The notes under the pieces were generated by a model, which made no database searches, was not told where the DNA came from, and saw only the letters and a list, made by a program, of their open reading frames with translations. Shown here piece by piece: positions 54,682 through 64,000 of a DNA stretch of 64,000 nt; positions within the stretch are counted from its first letter, which is position 1, and each line of letters starts with the position of its first letter. The stretch comes from Candidatus Latescibacterota bacterium. GTDB lineage: Bacteria > Latescibacterota > UBA2968 > UBA8231. The translations under genes were made by a program, and so were the position numbers. The stretch is from positions 4,352,001 through 4,416,000 of the forward strand of contig OZ220089.1 in the NCBI GenBank assembly GCA_964291625.2. The letters are read 5' to 3'.

Positions 54682-55839
54682 TCATGCAAGGACCGCTTCG
54701 TACAGGCCATGGATCTGGCGCGCCACATGCCGGTAGTCGTATCGCTCCCGGGCCCGCCGGCGAATGGCTCGTCTGTCAAAGGTGTCGTAGTCCCGGATGG
54801 CGGCGAGAATGCCCGCGCACAGGTCTTCGGCATCACCAACCGCCACCAAGCGGCCGGCCGAGTCGTCCACCATCTCCTCGGGGCCGCCGCACCGGGTGAC
54901 CACAACGGGGAGTCCCGAGGCCAGGGCCTCTATCAAGGAGGTAGTGAGGCCTTCGCTGAAACTGGGCATGACGAAGAGATCGGCATCCGCCATACGGGCT
55001 GGCAGTTCCTCCCAGGGTATGGCGTCTTCGAAGCGGACGCAGTCGGACAGGTTCAGGGCGCGGACCTGGGGAAGGAAGGCATCGGCGGTCCCCGTGGAGG
55101 GATGTCCCCCAATGAGGCGAAGGGAGACGTCGGAACGGTGGAGGCGGACCTTGGCGAGGGCCTCGAAGAGCACCCTCAACCCCTTCGCCTCGGCGAATCG
55201 GCCAACATAGAGAAGACGCCAACCCCCGTTGCCTCCAGGCCGTGAAGACGCGCCCGAGAACAGGCGGCAGTCGACGCCGTTGGGAATGCAGTGAACCCTG
55301 TCCTCCGGGACGCCGAGGCGCAACACCTCGCGGCTCAGGTCCTGGCTCACGGCGATGACGGCGGCGGCGCGGCGGAGAGCCTCCGCCGTCAGGTCGCGCC
55401 AACTGGGATTGAGGCGGGGCAGGATCTTGATGTCGGAGCCGTGGACGGTGATGACCACGGGCCGGCCTGTGCGAGCCCCGTATTCGACTGCGGCGCGGCC
55501 ATCCGGGTAGGCGCAGTGGGCATGGATCAGATCGGGCACATGGTCGACGGCCTTCCGCAGGGCCCCGAGGTGGAATCTCCACAGTCTCGTGAAGAGCAGA
55601 CGGCGCGGCAGGGCCAGGCGGCGGGGATGCCGCACCCGGATGCCATCCAGGACCTGAGAGCGGGGGACGAGGCGGTAGTCGCTCCAACGGCCGAATCCGG
55701 GCAGGGGAAACCAGGGAACCGGTGCTATGACATCCAGCTCGCAGTGGCTATCGAGGAAGCGCAACTGGTTGTGCACGAAATTCCCATAGATCCTCGAAGT
55801 AGAGTTGGGATAGAGGTGCGAAAGCACCAGGACTCTCAC
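54682..55839 (-). CDS. glycosyltransferase family 4
   Basis: HAH..YPDG, T.HGSD, VGR....KG, PS.SEG....IEA.A.G.PVV. Confidence 0.92.
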   Translation of the reverse strand: MRVLVLSHLYPNSTSRIYGNFVHNQLRFLDSHCELDVIAPVPWFPLPGFGRWSDYRLVPRSQVLDGIRVRHPRRLALPRRLLFTRLWRFHLGALRKAVDHVPDLIHAHCAYPDGRAAVEYGARTGRPVVITVHGSDIKILPRLNPSWRDLTAEALRRAAAVIAVSQDLSREVLRLGVPEDRVHCIPNGVDCRLFSGASSRPGGNGGWRLLYVGRFAEAKGLRVLFEALAKVRLHRSDVSLRLIGGHPSTGTADAFLPQVRALNLSDCVRFEDAIPWEELPARMADADLFVMPSFSEGLTTSLIEALASGLPVVVTRCGGPEEMVDDSAGRLVAVGDAEDLCAGILAAIRDYDTFDRRAIRRRARERYDYRHVARQIHGLYEAVLA

Positions 55840-57269
55840 CTGCGCCCCTCCCTGTCAAGGGCCGGCAGGGCATAGATGAGCCCCGTGAACATCCACAGGA
55901 AATTGTTGGCGAACTCTCCCGTGAAGGTGAGGCTGACCTGGAAGGTGACGAAGACCGCCACGAGGGCGATCATCACCCCGCGCAGATACTCGTCCTGTAT
56001 GCTCCTCGTGCTGCGCACGCCGAAGGAGAGGATCCGCCAGACGATCCAGACGGCGACGGTCATGCCCACGAGGCCGAGCTCGGCGAGTATGGTGGCAAAG
56101 AGGGTGTGGGACTCGCGAGTCGGCAGCCAGTGGGGGAATGCCACCGGTTTGTAGTCCTCGAAGACGACTGGGAAGGCACGCCATCCCACCCCCAGCAGGG
56201 GGTGGTCCAGGAACATCTTGAGGCCAGCCAGCACGAAGTAGACCCGCGCCGAGCCCGAGGCGCGGCTGTCGGTTCCGAACTCTGCAAAGAAGGAGAAGAT
56301 GGAGACGAAGCGATCGAAGATGTAGGCAGCAATCGGGACGTAGTTCATGATCAGCAGGACTGTGGCAACCGATGCGGCCACCAGGTAGAGCAGGTAGCGG
56401 AGCCTTCCCGCCAGGAAGAGAAGCACGATGAATCCGATAAAGAGGGCCATCCAGTTGGCGCGGCTGAAGGTGATGATCAAGGCTGCCGTGCCCAGTCCGA
56501 CAGGGGGCAGGATCAGGGCTCGTTTCCACCAGCCCAGCCTGGGAATCAAGGCAATACCGGCGAAGAAGATGATGCCCACTGCCAGGAATGTGCCGAAGAG
56601 ATTGGGATTGTGGTAAGTGCCGGAGGCACGGGGTATGTTGGCTCCGAAGTGGTAGACGATACGAGCGGGGAGGTAGAACTGCCCGGTGGAGATCTGCATG
56701 AGCGCCAGGGTCGAGGTGGCGGTCAAGGCTACTGCCAGCGAGACGATCGTCAGATCGAGTTTGCCCCTGGAGTCTACCAGGACCTGGATCAGGTAGAGCA
56801 GAAGGACCATGCAACACATGCGTATGAAGCTGAGGGTGGCCTCGGGCTGGTTGGGCGAATAGGTGAGAGAGACCGCTATGCACCCCAGAAACACCAGTAG
56901 GGGGGTGAGGATTTCCAGTCGGGGAAATGACCGCCGCTTCGTCAGGAAGACGTGGGCGGCACAAGAGGCACAGAGAAGGACGAAGGCCAGGTGGAATCCG
57001 GTGACCGGCATCCCGAGGGCCGTTGTCTGCACCAGGCGCCCTGCCGAGTCCAGCGCCGTGGTACCTACCACCGCGGGGATCAGCAGCCAGGGGAACATGG
57101 GCAGCAGGAAGATTGCGGCCATGCCCGCCATGCTTCCCAGGGTCCAGAGAAGGTGCTCGAAAGGCAGGAAGAGGTACCCCGCCAGTATCGCAGCCTGCAA
57201 CAAGAGGAGGAGGGCAAAGCCGCGGTGGCGCAGGAGATGCCTCCAGGACTTCCCGGCCGGGGCCGTCAT
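55836..57269 (-). CDS. O-antigen ligase/polymerase (Wzy/WaaL family)
   Basis: RASGTY.NPN, TFSR..W, HPLLGVG, H......AELG.VG. Confidence 0.88.
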   Translation of the reverse strand: MTAPAGKSWRHLLRHRGFALLLLLQAAILAGYLFLPFEHLLWTLGSMAGMAAIFLLPMFPWLLIPAVVGTTALDSAGRLVQTTALGMPVTGFHLAFVLLCASCAAHVFLTKRRSFPRLEILTPLLVFLGCIAVSLTYSPNQPEATLSFIRMCCMVLLLYLIQVLVDSRGKLDLTIVSLAVALTATSTLALMQISTGQFYLPARIVYHFGANIPRASGTYHNPNLFGTFLAVGIIFFAGIALIPRLGWWKRALILPPVGLGTAALIITFSRANWMALFIGFIVLLFLAGRLRYLLYLVAASVATVLLIMNYVPIAAYIFDRFVSIFSFFAEFGTDSRASGSARVYFVLAGLKMFLDHPLLGVGWRAFPVVFEDYKPVAFPHWLPTRESHTLFATILAELGLVGMTVAVWIVWRILSFGVRSTRSIQDEYLRGVMIALVAVFVTFQVSLTFTGEFANNFLWMFTGLIYALPALDREGRR

Positions 57270-57283
57270 GAGATCGTCAGAGT

Positions 57284-58510
57284 TCAGCGGCACAAGAGCG
57301 CCCCCCAGCCCAGGCCCTCCGTGCGCAGGTAATACGTCCCCACCAGAAGGGCCCAGGCGGCGTAGGCAATGGTGGTCGAGAGGGCGGCGCCCTGCAGCCC
57401 CAGAGCGGGGATGAGACAGAGGTTGAGGGCAAAGTTGAGCGCGAAGGCAGCGGCCGCTGCCCACAAGGTGATCGCCGGATATCCCTGTCCGGCCAGCTTG
57501 ATGTTGCACACCGAGCCCAGGCCGAGGAAGACCAGGCCGGGCAGCATCCACGCCAGGGGCAGGAACGATTCGGGGTAGGCAGGGAAGAACCAGCCGATCA
57601 GTGACTCTCCCGCGGCCAGCAATACCAGAGCCGCGGCCACGGAGAAGAGCAGGATTCGGCGGGCGACTCGCAGGCTCAAGCCGTCTTCATCCCGATCCCG
57701 TACGACCTTCGCAAGCAGGATCGCGCCGGCCACGTCCGGCACCCTCTGCATCATCTCCGCGAACTGCGTCGCCACCCGGTAGCTGCCTACCGCCGCGTCG
57801 TCGAGGAAGTAATCGATCAGGAAGACATCGCTCTTCAAGAGCAGGAAGATCAGCACCGCGGAGGCTGCTCCCCGCCAGCCGACGCCCAGGGTGCGTCGCA
57901 GGACTCTCCCGTCGCCCCAGGTGAACCCCCCGGTTCCGACCAACATCGCGAAGGCAGACAGACCGGCAAAGCCCGCCGCCCCTGCAAAAAGGACGAGGCT
58001 ATTCTCCAGGTGCAGCGTTCCCGTCAGCAGAAGGGCCGCGTTGCCCGCGAGGTAGACGGTGATGAACAGCACCGGAACCGCCGCGTACGGCCGGATGCGG
58101 TCCAGTCCCAGGAGCACCGCTTGTCCGCTGCGTTGCAGGACGACCAGGGCTGGAAGCACCCCCAGAAGGGGCCAGCTGCCCAGCGCCTCCGGCCCGAGAA
58201 CACGGGCCATCGCTCCGGCCCCCGCATAGGCCAGGCCGATCCCGCCCGCCAGGATCACCAGGCAACACAGCAAGGCGTTGTCCCGGGCCGGCGCTCCCGC
58301 CTCTTCCCGTCCCACCACGTAGGTGCTGCCGCGCCGCAGCCACTCCCCGAAGAGCATGGCGCCGATGACGACGGCGACGGTCCAGAGCCCCAGCCGTCCG
58401 TACTCGGCCTTGTCCAGATGGTTGGCAAGCAGCCATTGGTTGACCCATCCGAGGGCGAAGACCAGTCCGGTGGAGACGGCGTTGAGGGAGAAACCGCGAG
58501 AATAGCTCAT
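57284..58510 (-). CDS. polysaccharide flippase (Wzx)
   Basis: Many TMs; L...EYG, D...I......VG.Y, LN..LIP..G..GAA. Confidence 0.85.
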   Translation of the reverse strand: MSYSRGFSLNAVSTGLVFALGWVNQWLLANHLDKAEYGRLGLWTVAVVIGAMLFGEWLRRGSTYVVGREEAGAPARDNALLCCLVILAGGIGLAYAGAGAMARVLGPEALGSWPLLGVLPALVVLQRSGQAVLLGLDRIRPYAAVPVLFITVYLAGNAALLLTGTLHLENSLVLFAGAAGFAGLSAFAMLVGTGGFTWGDGRVLRRTLGVGWRGAASAVLIFLLLKSDVFLIDYFLDDAAVGSYRVATQFAEMMQRVPDVAGAILLAKVVRDRDEDGLSLRVARRILLFSVAAALVLLAAGESLIGWFFPAYPESFLPLAWMLPGLVFLGLGSVCNIKLAGQGYPAITLWAAAAAFALNFALNLCLIPALGLQGAALSTTIAYAAWALLVGTYYLRTEGLGWGALLCR

Positions 58511-58697
58511 CCGCGAGGCGCGACGCCCCAGGGGAAGTGTTGTTGGCCGGATCGACGGGGTTGGCGGGGAGCCGCAGTAATATCACCTCCACCCGGTGCG
58601 GGGACAATTGACTTGCGGCCCAGGGCGGCCGGGACGCACCTCGACCACGAGCGGCTGCAAGGCCTGAGGTGGGTCGGCCGAAGGCGGCGTCGCAGCT

Positions 58698-59489
58698 CTA
58701 TGGAGCCTCGGGAGGGTCCTCGCCCTCCGATGGTCCGGACGCTGCAACGGGATTCTCGGAGGAGAACCGCACCACGCCGAAGCCCTCCGGCGCGTGGAAC
58801 TGGGGCTTCTCGGTGCCCGTGTCCGACCAGGTGATGTACTGGAGGTTCACGGCGCCGCCCGTGCGGTAGAGGTTCAGGCGCCACAGGTCGCCGTCCTCCG
58901 GGGGCAGTCTCGGGGCGAATCCTTCGAAGGTGTCGAAGGGGATGGCGATCTCCGTCGTCCACAGGCTGTCGAGGTCGGTCTCCTCGTTCAGGGTGCCGTG
59001 GATCTCGATGGCCACCCGCAGACCGTCGGCGTTCCAGGCGGAGCTCCGGCCCTCCCGGGGCGAACGGTCGAGGATCGTGCCCAGGGCGTTGAACTCGAAG
59101 TTGTAGTAGATGCTCACGTCGGCCGTGTCGGGGGCGATGAAGACCTCGACGCAGTCGTCCCTGGAGACCGGGTCGTCGCGGTTGGTGTGGACGGCGGAGA
59201 TGTGGGGGTCGAAGGCGCGAAAGGCGACGTAGAGGGCCTCGTCGTCCCACAGCAGGTGGGCCTCGGTGCGGTCCCTGGCCCCGGAGGTGTACCAGGGAAA
59301 GACGAAGCCGTCGATCATCGGCGCCGCGGCCCAGGAGGGTTCGTCGAGGACGCCGTCGACGGCGATGGGACCGGCCGTGCGCTGCACCACGGCTCGCGGT
59401 ACGTGGTCGGGGATCGGCTCGGCGGGGAGCGGCAGGGAGCTGCAGGCCAGGACCAGCAACGGGACGAGGAGTCTTTCACGGTGAGTCAT
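58698..59489 (-). CDS. CBM9-like (DOMON-like) carbohydrate-binding protein
   Basis: Signal peptide; I.VDG.LDE..W, LWD...LY, D.VEVF, W..E.AIP, WR.N.YR, FH.PE.FG. Confidence 0.85.
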   Translation of the reverse strand: MTHRERLLVPLLVLACSSLPLPAEPIPDHVPRAVVQRTAGPIAVDGVLDEPSWAAAPMIDGFVFPWYTSGARDRTEAHLLWDDEALYVAFRAFDPHISAVHTNRDDPVSRDDCVEVFIAPDTADVSIYYNFEFNALGTILDRSPREGRSSAWNADGLRVAIEIHGTLNEETDLDSLWTTEIAIPFDTFEGFAPRLPPEDGDLWRLNLYRTGGAVNLQYITWSDTGTEKPQFHAPEGFGVVRFSSENPVAASGPSEGEDPPEAP

Positions 59490-60888
59490 TCAGACGCTCC
59501 TGGGCAGGGATGTGGAGGACCATGCAGGCGGGATGGCCGAAGGCGCTGTCGGGCGGCTTCTCGCCCGGTTCGAGCAGCTGGCCGTTCATGCCGATGAACA
59601 GCCTCTCGCCATCGGGGCTCAGCTCCAGGCAGTAGGACCCGCCGACGCGGTAGCCCAGGCGGCTCTCGAAGAGAGGCCCGAGGAAGGCCAGGACCTTGCG
59701 CTCACGCGTCTTCAGGTCGAACTGCACCACCGGGGCTCCGTGGCTCCAGGCCTGGCCGTGGGCCCAGGGTACCGCGTAGAGATAGCGGCCCCCGGGGCTG
59801 ATCTCCAGGGCCGTGGTGTAGGCGCCGCGGTGCGGCCCTTCGCCGGGAGGGCCCCCTTCTTCCGGCCAGATCGCGCCCAGGGGCTCGGAGCTTCGCCCCT
59901 CGGGGTCGATGCGCACCAGGCGGCCTTCGCAGACGCCGTAGAACAGACCGCGCCCGTCCCGCTTCTCGGTGCCGGCCCGCATGGGGCCGTATCCGTCGGG
60001 CAGGGGCAGGGCGCGCTCCTCCACGGTGTTGGAGTTCGCGTCGTAGCGGGCCAGCCACACCTGCCGGGAGGTGTCGGGGCGCACCGAGAACCAGGCGCCC
60101 CCGCCGGCCTCGTCGACCAGGACGAAACGTCGGCTGGCCTCGGTCCCGACGTGGCCGTAGTAGATCGTCCGCCCCCGGCGCAGATCGAAGACGGCGAAGC
60201 CCTGGCCTTGCCAGTTGCGGTCGCAGGGCAGCGCGTAGAACAGCCCCCGGCGGGTATCTGCCATGGCCGCGGGGATTACGTAAGGGCGCTTGAGGATCCC
60301 GAGGACGTCGAGCCGGCCGGAGGCGGGATCGGCGGCGACCACCATGCCGTGGTGCTCGTTTTCCTGCTCCCAGTCCTCGGGGGGGGCGTTGCCCCAGTAG
60401 GTGCCCCAGCAGATGCGGCCGTCCTCGAGCTCCTCCAGGCGGCAGTGGATCTTGCCGAACCCCCAGTCCCCCTCCCGCTGGCCGAGCAGTTGCTGCTGGT
60501 CGAAGACCAGCTCCAGGCGGCGGTCCTCCGGGTCGTAGGCGTAGACGTAGCTGCGTCCCCCGGGGCCGCCGTGGTCGCCGATGGCGGACCAGAACCGCCC
60601 GTCGCTGGCGATCAGGCCGTCCCCCCACTGGGACCAGAGGTTGCCCTCTTCCTGAAGGGGGATCGGGTAGAGGACGGCGTCGATCCGCGGCGCCGTCGAG
60701 GCCGGGACGTACCCGAAGTCGGCGGCGGACACGGAATCGGGGGCCTGCAGCAGGGCGGGATCGCCCAGTGCGAGGACGCCTCCGCCGCGGAAGCGCTCGC
60801 GCTCGCCTTCCGCTGCCAGCGTGGCGGCCCACAGGAGCCACGGCGCCGTCCACCGCCAGAGCCGGATCAGCTCAGGACCAGGCGTCAC
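59476..60888 (-). CDS. secreted hypothetical beta-propeller protein
   Basis: Signal-like N-terminus; repeated beta-strand/YDP units, GKIH, SP.GRYLY, SPDG.RLF. Confidence 0.7.
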   Translation of the reverse strand: MTPGPELIRLWRWTAPWLLWAATLAAEGERERFRGGGVLALGDPALLQAPDSVSAADFGYVPASTAPRIDAVLYPIPLQEEGNLWSQWGDGLIASDGRFWSAIGDHGGPGGRSYVYAYDPEDRRLELVFDQQQLLGQREGDWGFGKIHCRLEELEDGRICWGTYWGNAPPEDWEQENEHHGMVVAADPASGRLDVLGILKRPYVIPAAMADTRRGLFYALPCDRNWQGQGFAVFDLRRGRTIYYGHVGTEASRRFVLVDEAGGGAWFSVRPDTSRQVWLARYDANSNTVEERALPLPDGYGPMRAGTEKRDGRGLFYGVCEGRLVRIDPEGRSSEPLGAIWPEEGGPPGEGPHRGAYTTALEISPGGRYLYAVPWAHGQAWSHGAPVVQFDLKTRERKVLAFLGPLFESRLGYRVGGSYCLELSPDGERLFIGMNGQLLEPGEKPPDSAFGHPACMVLHIPAQERLNDSP

Positions 60889-62053
60889 GGGCTCCCCGGA
60901 TCCAGGCGAGGTGATGCTCGCGCAGCTGCCCGTAGGTGTAGAAGGCGAATCCGTCCACGCCGGCCTCGGCCTGGGCCTGGATCAGCCGCCGGGTGTACGA
61001 CTCGCTCTCGAAGCCGCCGGGCCGCACGATGGAGACCAGGCGCACCTCCGGCCTCAACTCTTCCCGCCGCTGCCGCACTCCCTGGGCGGCCTCCTCCGGC
61101 GGTCCGGGCACGGAGGTGTACACGGCGTCGACGCAGGCCAGCACGCGGTCCCGGTCGAGGCCGGTGACGCCCCGGTCCAGGGAGCCGAAGAAGGTGACCT
61201 CGGCGCCGCCCTCCCGCACCGTGGCGGCCACCTCCTCGAAGAGGGAGGTGGCGGTGGCCACGCGGGCCTCCAGGTAGCTCCTGAGCCGGCCATCGTAGGC
61301 GCCCTCGATCCAGTCATCCCGGTCTCCCTGGCTGGCCGCCCCGTCGCCCGGATCCAGCCGCAACTCGCGGTCCAGATCCCGTGCCACCTCCGCCCGCAAC
61401 CGCTCTCCGTCGAGGTTGGCGCCGTTGGCGGCCTCGACGCAGTGCCGGCAGAAGCACAGCCCCATCAGGAACTGGTGACGGGGATCGATGGCCACGGCCA
61501 CCTTCGGGTTGCGGAAGCCGTAGCCGAAGCCCAGGTAGCCGAGGGACTCGAGCTGCACGTGCCGCGGAGCGAAGCGGACCATGTCGCGGGTCAGGGCCAC
61601 GGCATAGGCGCGCACATCGGGATGGGCGGGGCAGAGCTGGCCGAGGTGGGGCTCGCCGAAGCAGTCGTGCCGGGCGGTGTCGGGGAAGGCCTGCGAGAGA
61701 TGGTGGTTGTAGAGGTAGATCGCCCACGCCGAGAACTCCAGGCCGCTCTCCCGGAGACCTCCCACCAGGCCGGGCAGGTAGTCCGGGCCGGTGACGACAT
61801 GGGAGACGAGGGGCCGGAGGCCCGTTCCGCCGTAGAGGCCCTCGTCGGGGTGGAAGTAGACGGCGCCTTCCTCCCCGAAGTAGATCTTCCGCCTCGGGTT
61901 GTGGGGCGAGAAGTAGGTGGAGACGTGGTAGCTGAGGGTGAGGAGCACGCCGCCCCCCGGACCGAGGGTGTCGGCGATCACCCCCGAGGCGGCCGCGACT
62001 CCTTCATCCGACAGGTCCCACGGATAGGTGTAGAACTCGGCGCGGGTTGCCAC
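60872..62053 (-). CDS. putative glycoside-hydrolase-like TIM-barrel protein
   Basis: YPWD, SYH, G..YF, LCPAHP.VR.Y, CFC..C, FY.YG. Confidence 0.6.
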   Translation of the reverse strand: MATRAEFYTYPWDLSDEGVAAASGVIADTLGPGGGVLLTLSYHVSTYFSPHNPRRKIYFGEEGAVYFHPDEGLYGGTGLRPLVSHVVTGPDYLPGLVGGLRESGLEFSAWAIYLYNHHLSQAFPDTARHDCFGEPHLGQLCPAHPDVRAYAVALTRDMVRFAPRHVQLESLGYLGFGYGFRNPKVAVAIDPRHQFLMGLCFCRHCVEAANGANLDGERLRAEVARDLDRELRLDPGDGAASQGDRDDWIEGAYDGRLRSYLEARVATATSLFEEVAATVREGGAEVTFFGSLDRGVTGLDRDRVLACVDAVYTSVPGPPEEAAQGVRQRREELRPEVRLVSIVRPGGFESESYTRRLIQAQAEAGVDGFAFYTYGQLREHHLAWIRGARDAWS

Positions 62054-62098
62054 GTCCTCGCTCCGGCAGGGGAGGCGCGGTCACCCCGCGCCGGGGAA

Positions 62099-62890
62099 TC
62101 AGTCGCGGGCCGTGAGCTCCACGGTGCCGTCGGTGTAGAGGCGGCCCACGTCACGCACGAACTCGTAGACGATGTCGACGCTCTCGACCGGCTCGTTGCG
62201 GTAGTCGAAGCGCAGGTTGACGTCGTGGACGATCACCTTCATGCCGTCCACGTCCGGATGAAGGGCAGGGAAGACGACGAAGCCCCCGACCTCCTGGCCG
62301 CTGAAGATGTTCTCGGAGGGGAACATCGTGTTGAGCAGCAGATCCTGGCGCGCCCGGAAGCGCGAGTACTCGTTGCCCCGGTAGCCGATGGCGTAGGCGC
62401 GGTAGTAGCCCTCGAGCTGCTTGAAGCGGAGGCTCCAGTAGGTGCGGCCGTTGGAGGCGGCCAGCTCGATCCGCGTCGGGTCGAGCCTCACCTTGGGGAA
62501 GGCGTAGTTCTTGACGCCGAGGCTGAAGACGGTGAAGCGCTGGCGGGTTTCCCGGCCCTCGTAGAACTCCTGGTCGCCGAAGGTGTAGGGGTTGGTCGAC
62601 CGGGGGCCCGAGGTCGACAGGGCGGAGAACTGGCGGTTCAGCTCGTCATCGGTCAGCGGCCGCAGCCGCACCTCGAGACGGCCCTGGACGTAGGTCACCC
62701 CTCCGTCGTCGGCGACCGCCATGGCGGGGCCCTGGTCTTCGACGGGCCGCAGGGGTCCGGCGTAATGGTGATAGCCGCCGCCACAGGCGGACAGGAGCCC
62801 CAAGGCGAGAATCAGGGCCACCCCCACCAGGGGGGTCCCCGGGCGCGGGGGATGGGTCAGGGGTCGAAGGCGGACGGTCTCGGGCGGCAT
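62099..62890 (-). CDS. hypothetical lipoprotein
   Basis: Lipobox LSAC after a hydrophobic stretch; GC3-rich coding frame. Confidence 0.72.
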   Translation of the reverse strand: MPPETVRLRPLTHPPRPGTPLVGVALILALGLLSACGGGYHHYAGPLRPVEDQGPAMAVADDGGVTYVQGRLEVRLRPLTDDELNRQFSALSTSGPRSTNPYTFGDQEFYEGRETRQRFTVFSLGVKNYAFPKVRLDPTRIELAASNGRTYWSLRFKQLEGYYRAYAIGYRGNEYSRFRARQDLLLNTMFPSENIFSGQEVGGFVVFPALHPDVDGMKVIVHDVNLRFDYRNEPVESVDIVYEFVRDVGRLYTDGTVELTARD

Positions 62891-62939
62891 GGCAGGTCTC
62901 CGGCGTTGGGACCGACGGTAGGAGAAGTGGCTTTCCCTG

Positions 62940-64000
62940 TCAACGGGAATGGCCGGCGCCCGGTTGCCTCACGGCCAGGTACTGGTTCGGCGGGACGGCC
63001 GTCAGGGTCTGGGCGGAGCCGCCCGGCCAGTGGACGGTCACGCTGTCGACCCGGGCCGCCTCCCCCAGGCCGAAGTGAAGGCGCGGGTCCTCGCTGCTGA
63101 GGAAGCTGCTGCCGCGCACGCTCTGACGCACCTGCCGCCGGCCGCCGGCGGCGACGACGACGCGGGCGCCGACCCCCTCGTGGTTGCAGCGCACCCCCTC
63201 CAGGCGCAGACCGAGCCAGTTGCCGCCCGGCGCGTCGTTGCGGTAGAGGGCGGGACGGTCGTCCAGGTTGGCCACGAAGAGGTCCAGGTCTCCGTCGTCG
63301 TCGAAGTCGACGACCGCCGCTCCCCGGCTCACCCGGGGCGGTCCGAAGGGATCCGACCCCTGGTCGAGGACCCGCTCGAAGCGGCCGGCGACGTTCTCGA
63401 AGAGATGGTCGGCCTGGGCGTACGCCGAGTTGGTGCCCGACGTATCGATCTGGGGATAGACGTGGCCGTTGGCGACGAAGATATCGAGATCGGCGTCGCG
63501 GTCGAAGTCGAGGAAGGCGGCCCCGAAGCCGACGAAGGGGAGACCGGCCTGGGCCAGGCCGGCGGCGAAGCTGACGTCCTCGAAACTGCCGTCGCCGCGG
63601 TTCCGGTAGAGGGTGTTGTAGTCGTCGTCGAAGTTGGTCACCAGCAGGTCGGGGGATCCGTCGCCGTCGAAGTCCCCGGCGGCCACGCCCATCCCGGCCT
63701 GGGCATTGCCCATGGCGCCGTGGCTCGCGCGGGCGGTCAGCCCCGCCTCGGAGAACCGGTCCCCGGAGTCGTTGCGGAACAGGAAGTTGGGAGACGAGTC
63801 GTTGGCCACGTAGAGATCGGCATCGCCGTCGACGTCGAGGTCCGCGAAGAGAACGCCGAGCCCGTAACCCGGGGCCACGTCGCTCACGCCGGAGGGAGCG
63901 CTCACGTCGGTGAACCGGTCGCCCTCGTTGCGGTAGAGCCGATCGGGGAGCGGGCGCAGGCCCAGGGGGCCGATGAAGGCGGGCACGCCCTTCCAGCGCG
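62940..64000 (-). CDS. CRTAC1/FG-GAP repeat protein with ASPIC/UnbV domain, 5' end outside the window
   Basis: Repeated D.D.DG..DL.V.N motifs, LYRN.G, and C-terminal GARV...S.LS.....HFGLG. Confidence 0.9.
   Translation of the reverse strand, partial: RWKGVPAFIGPLGLRPLPDRLYRNEGDRFTDVSAPSGVSDVAPGYGLGVLFADLDVDGDADLYVANDSSPNFLFRNDSGDRFSEAGLTARASHGAMGNAQAGMGVAAGDFDGDGSPDLLVTNFDDDYNTLYRNRGDGSFEDVSFAAGLAQAGLPFVGFGAAFLDFDRDADLDIFVANGHVYPQIDTSGTNSAYAQADHLFENVAGRFERVLDQGSDPFGPPRVSRGAAVVDFDDDGDLDLFVANLDDRPALYRNDAPGGNWLGLRLEGVRCNHEGVGARVVVAAGGRRQVRQSVRGSSFLSSEDPRLHFGLGEAARVDSVTVHWPGGSAQTLTAVPPNQYLAVRQPGAGHSR

Overview
Very GC-rich, densely coding bacterial chromosomal segment. The gene content resembles Latescibacterota/Gemmatimonadota-type genomes, which is inference only. 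It starts with the ffh-rpsP-rimM-trmD operon (minus), rsmB-PASTA-rpe (minus) and recJ-apgM-glycerophosphodiesterase (plus). It then carries a lipoprotein/L,D-transpeptidase group, an RpoD-like sigma factor, nfo, an Fpg/Nei glycosylase, a 10-gene Mrp-type antiporter operon and many catabolic hydrolases, oxidoreductases and enolase-superfamily genes. The right part holds a convergent Wzx/Wzy-type polysaccharide locus (about 47.5-58.5 kb) and secreted carbohydrate-related or beta-propeller proteins. I saw no rRNA, tRNA, CRISPR array or transposase. The standout observation is 3249..4685: an ECF sigma factor fused to what look like domains II and III of the DNA polymerase III beta sliding clamp (DnaN), with a possible internal translation start for the clamp part. 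Other notable items are a 7-repeat propeller inserted inside a LamG domain, an active plus degenerate L,D-transpeptidase pair beside a lipoprotein, and an HTTM/degenerate-DCC membrane protein inside the polysaccharide locus. All calls come from reading motifs by eye; no searches were run.
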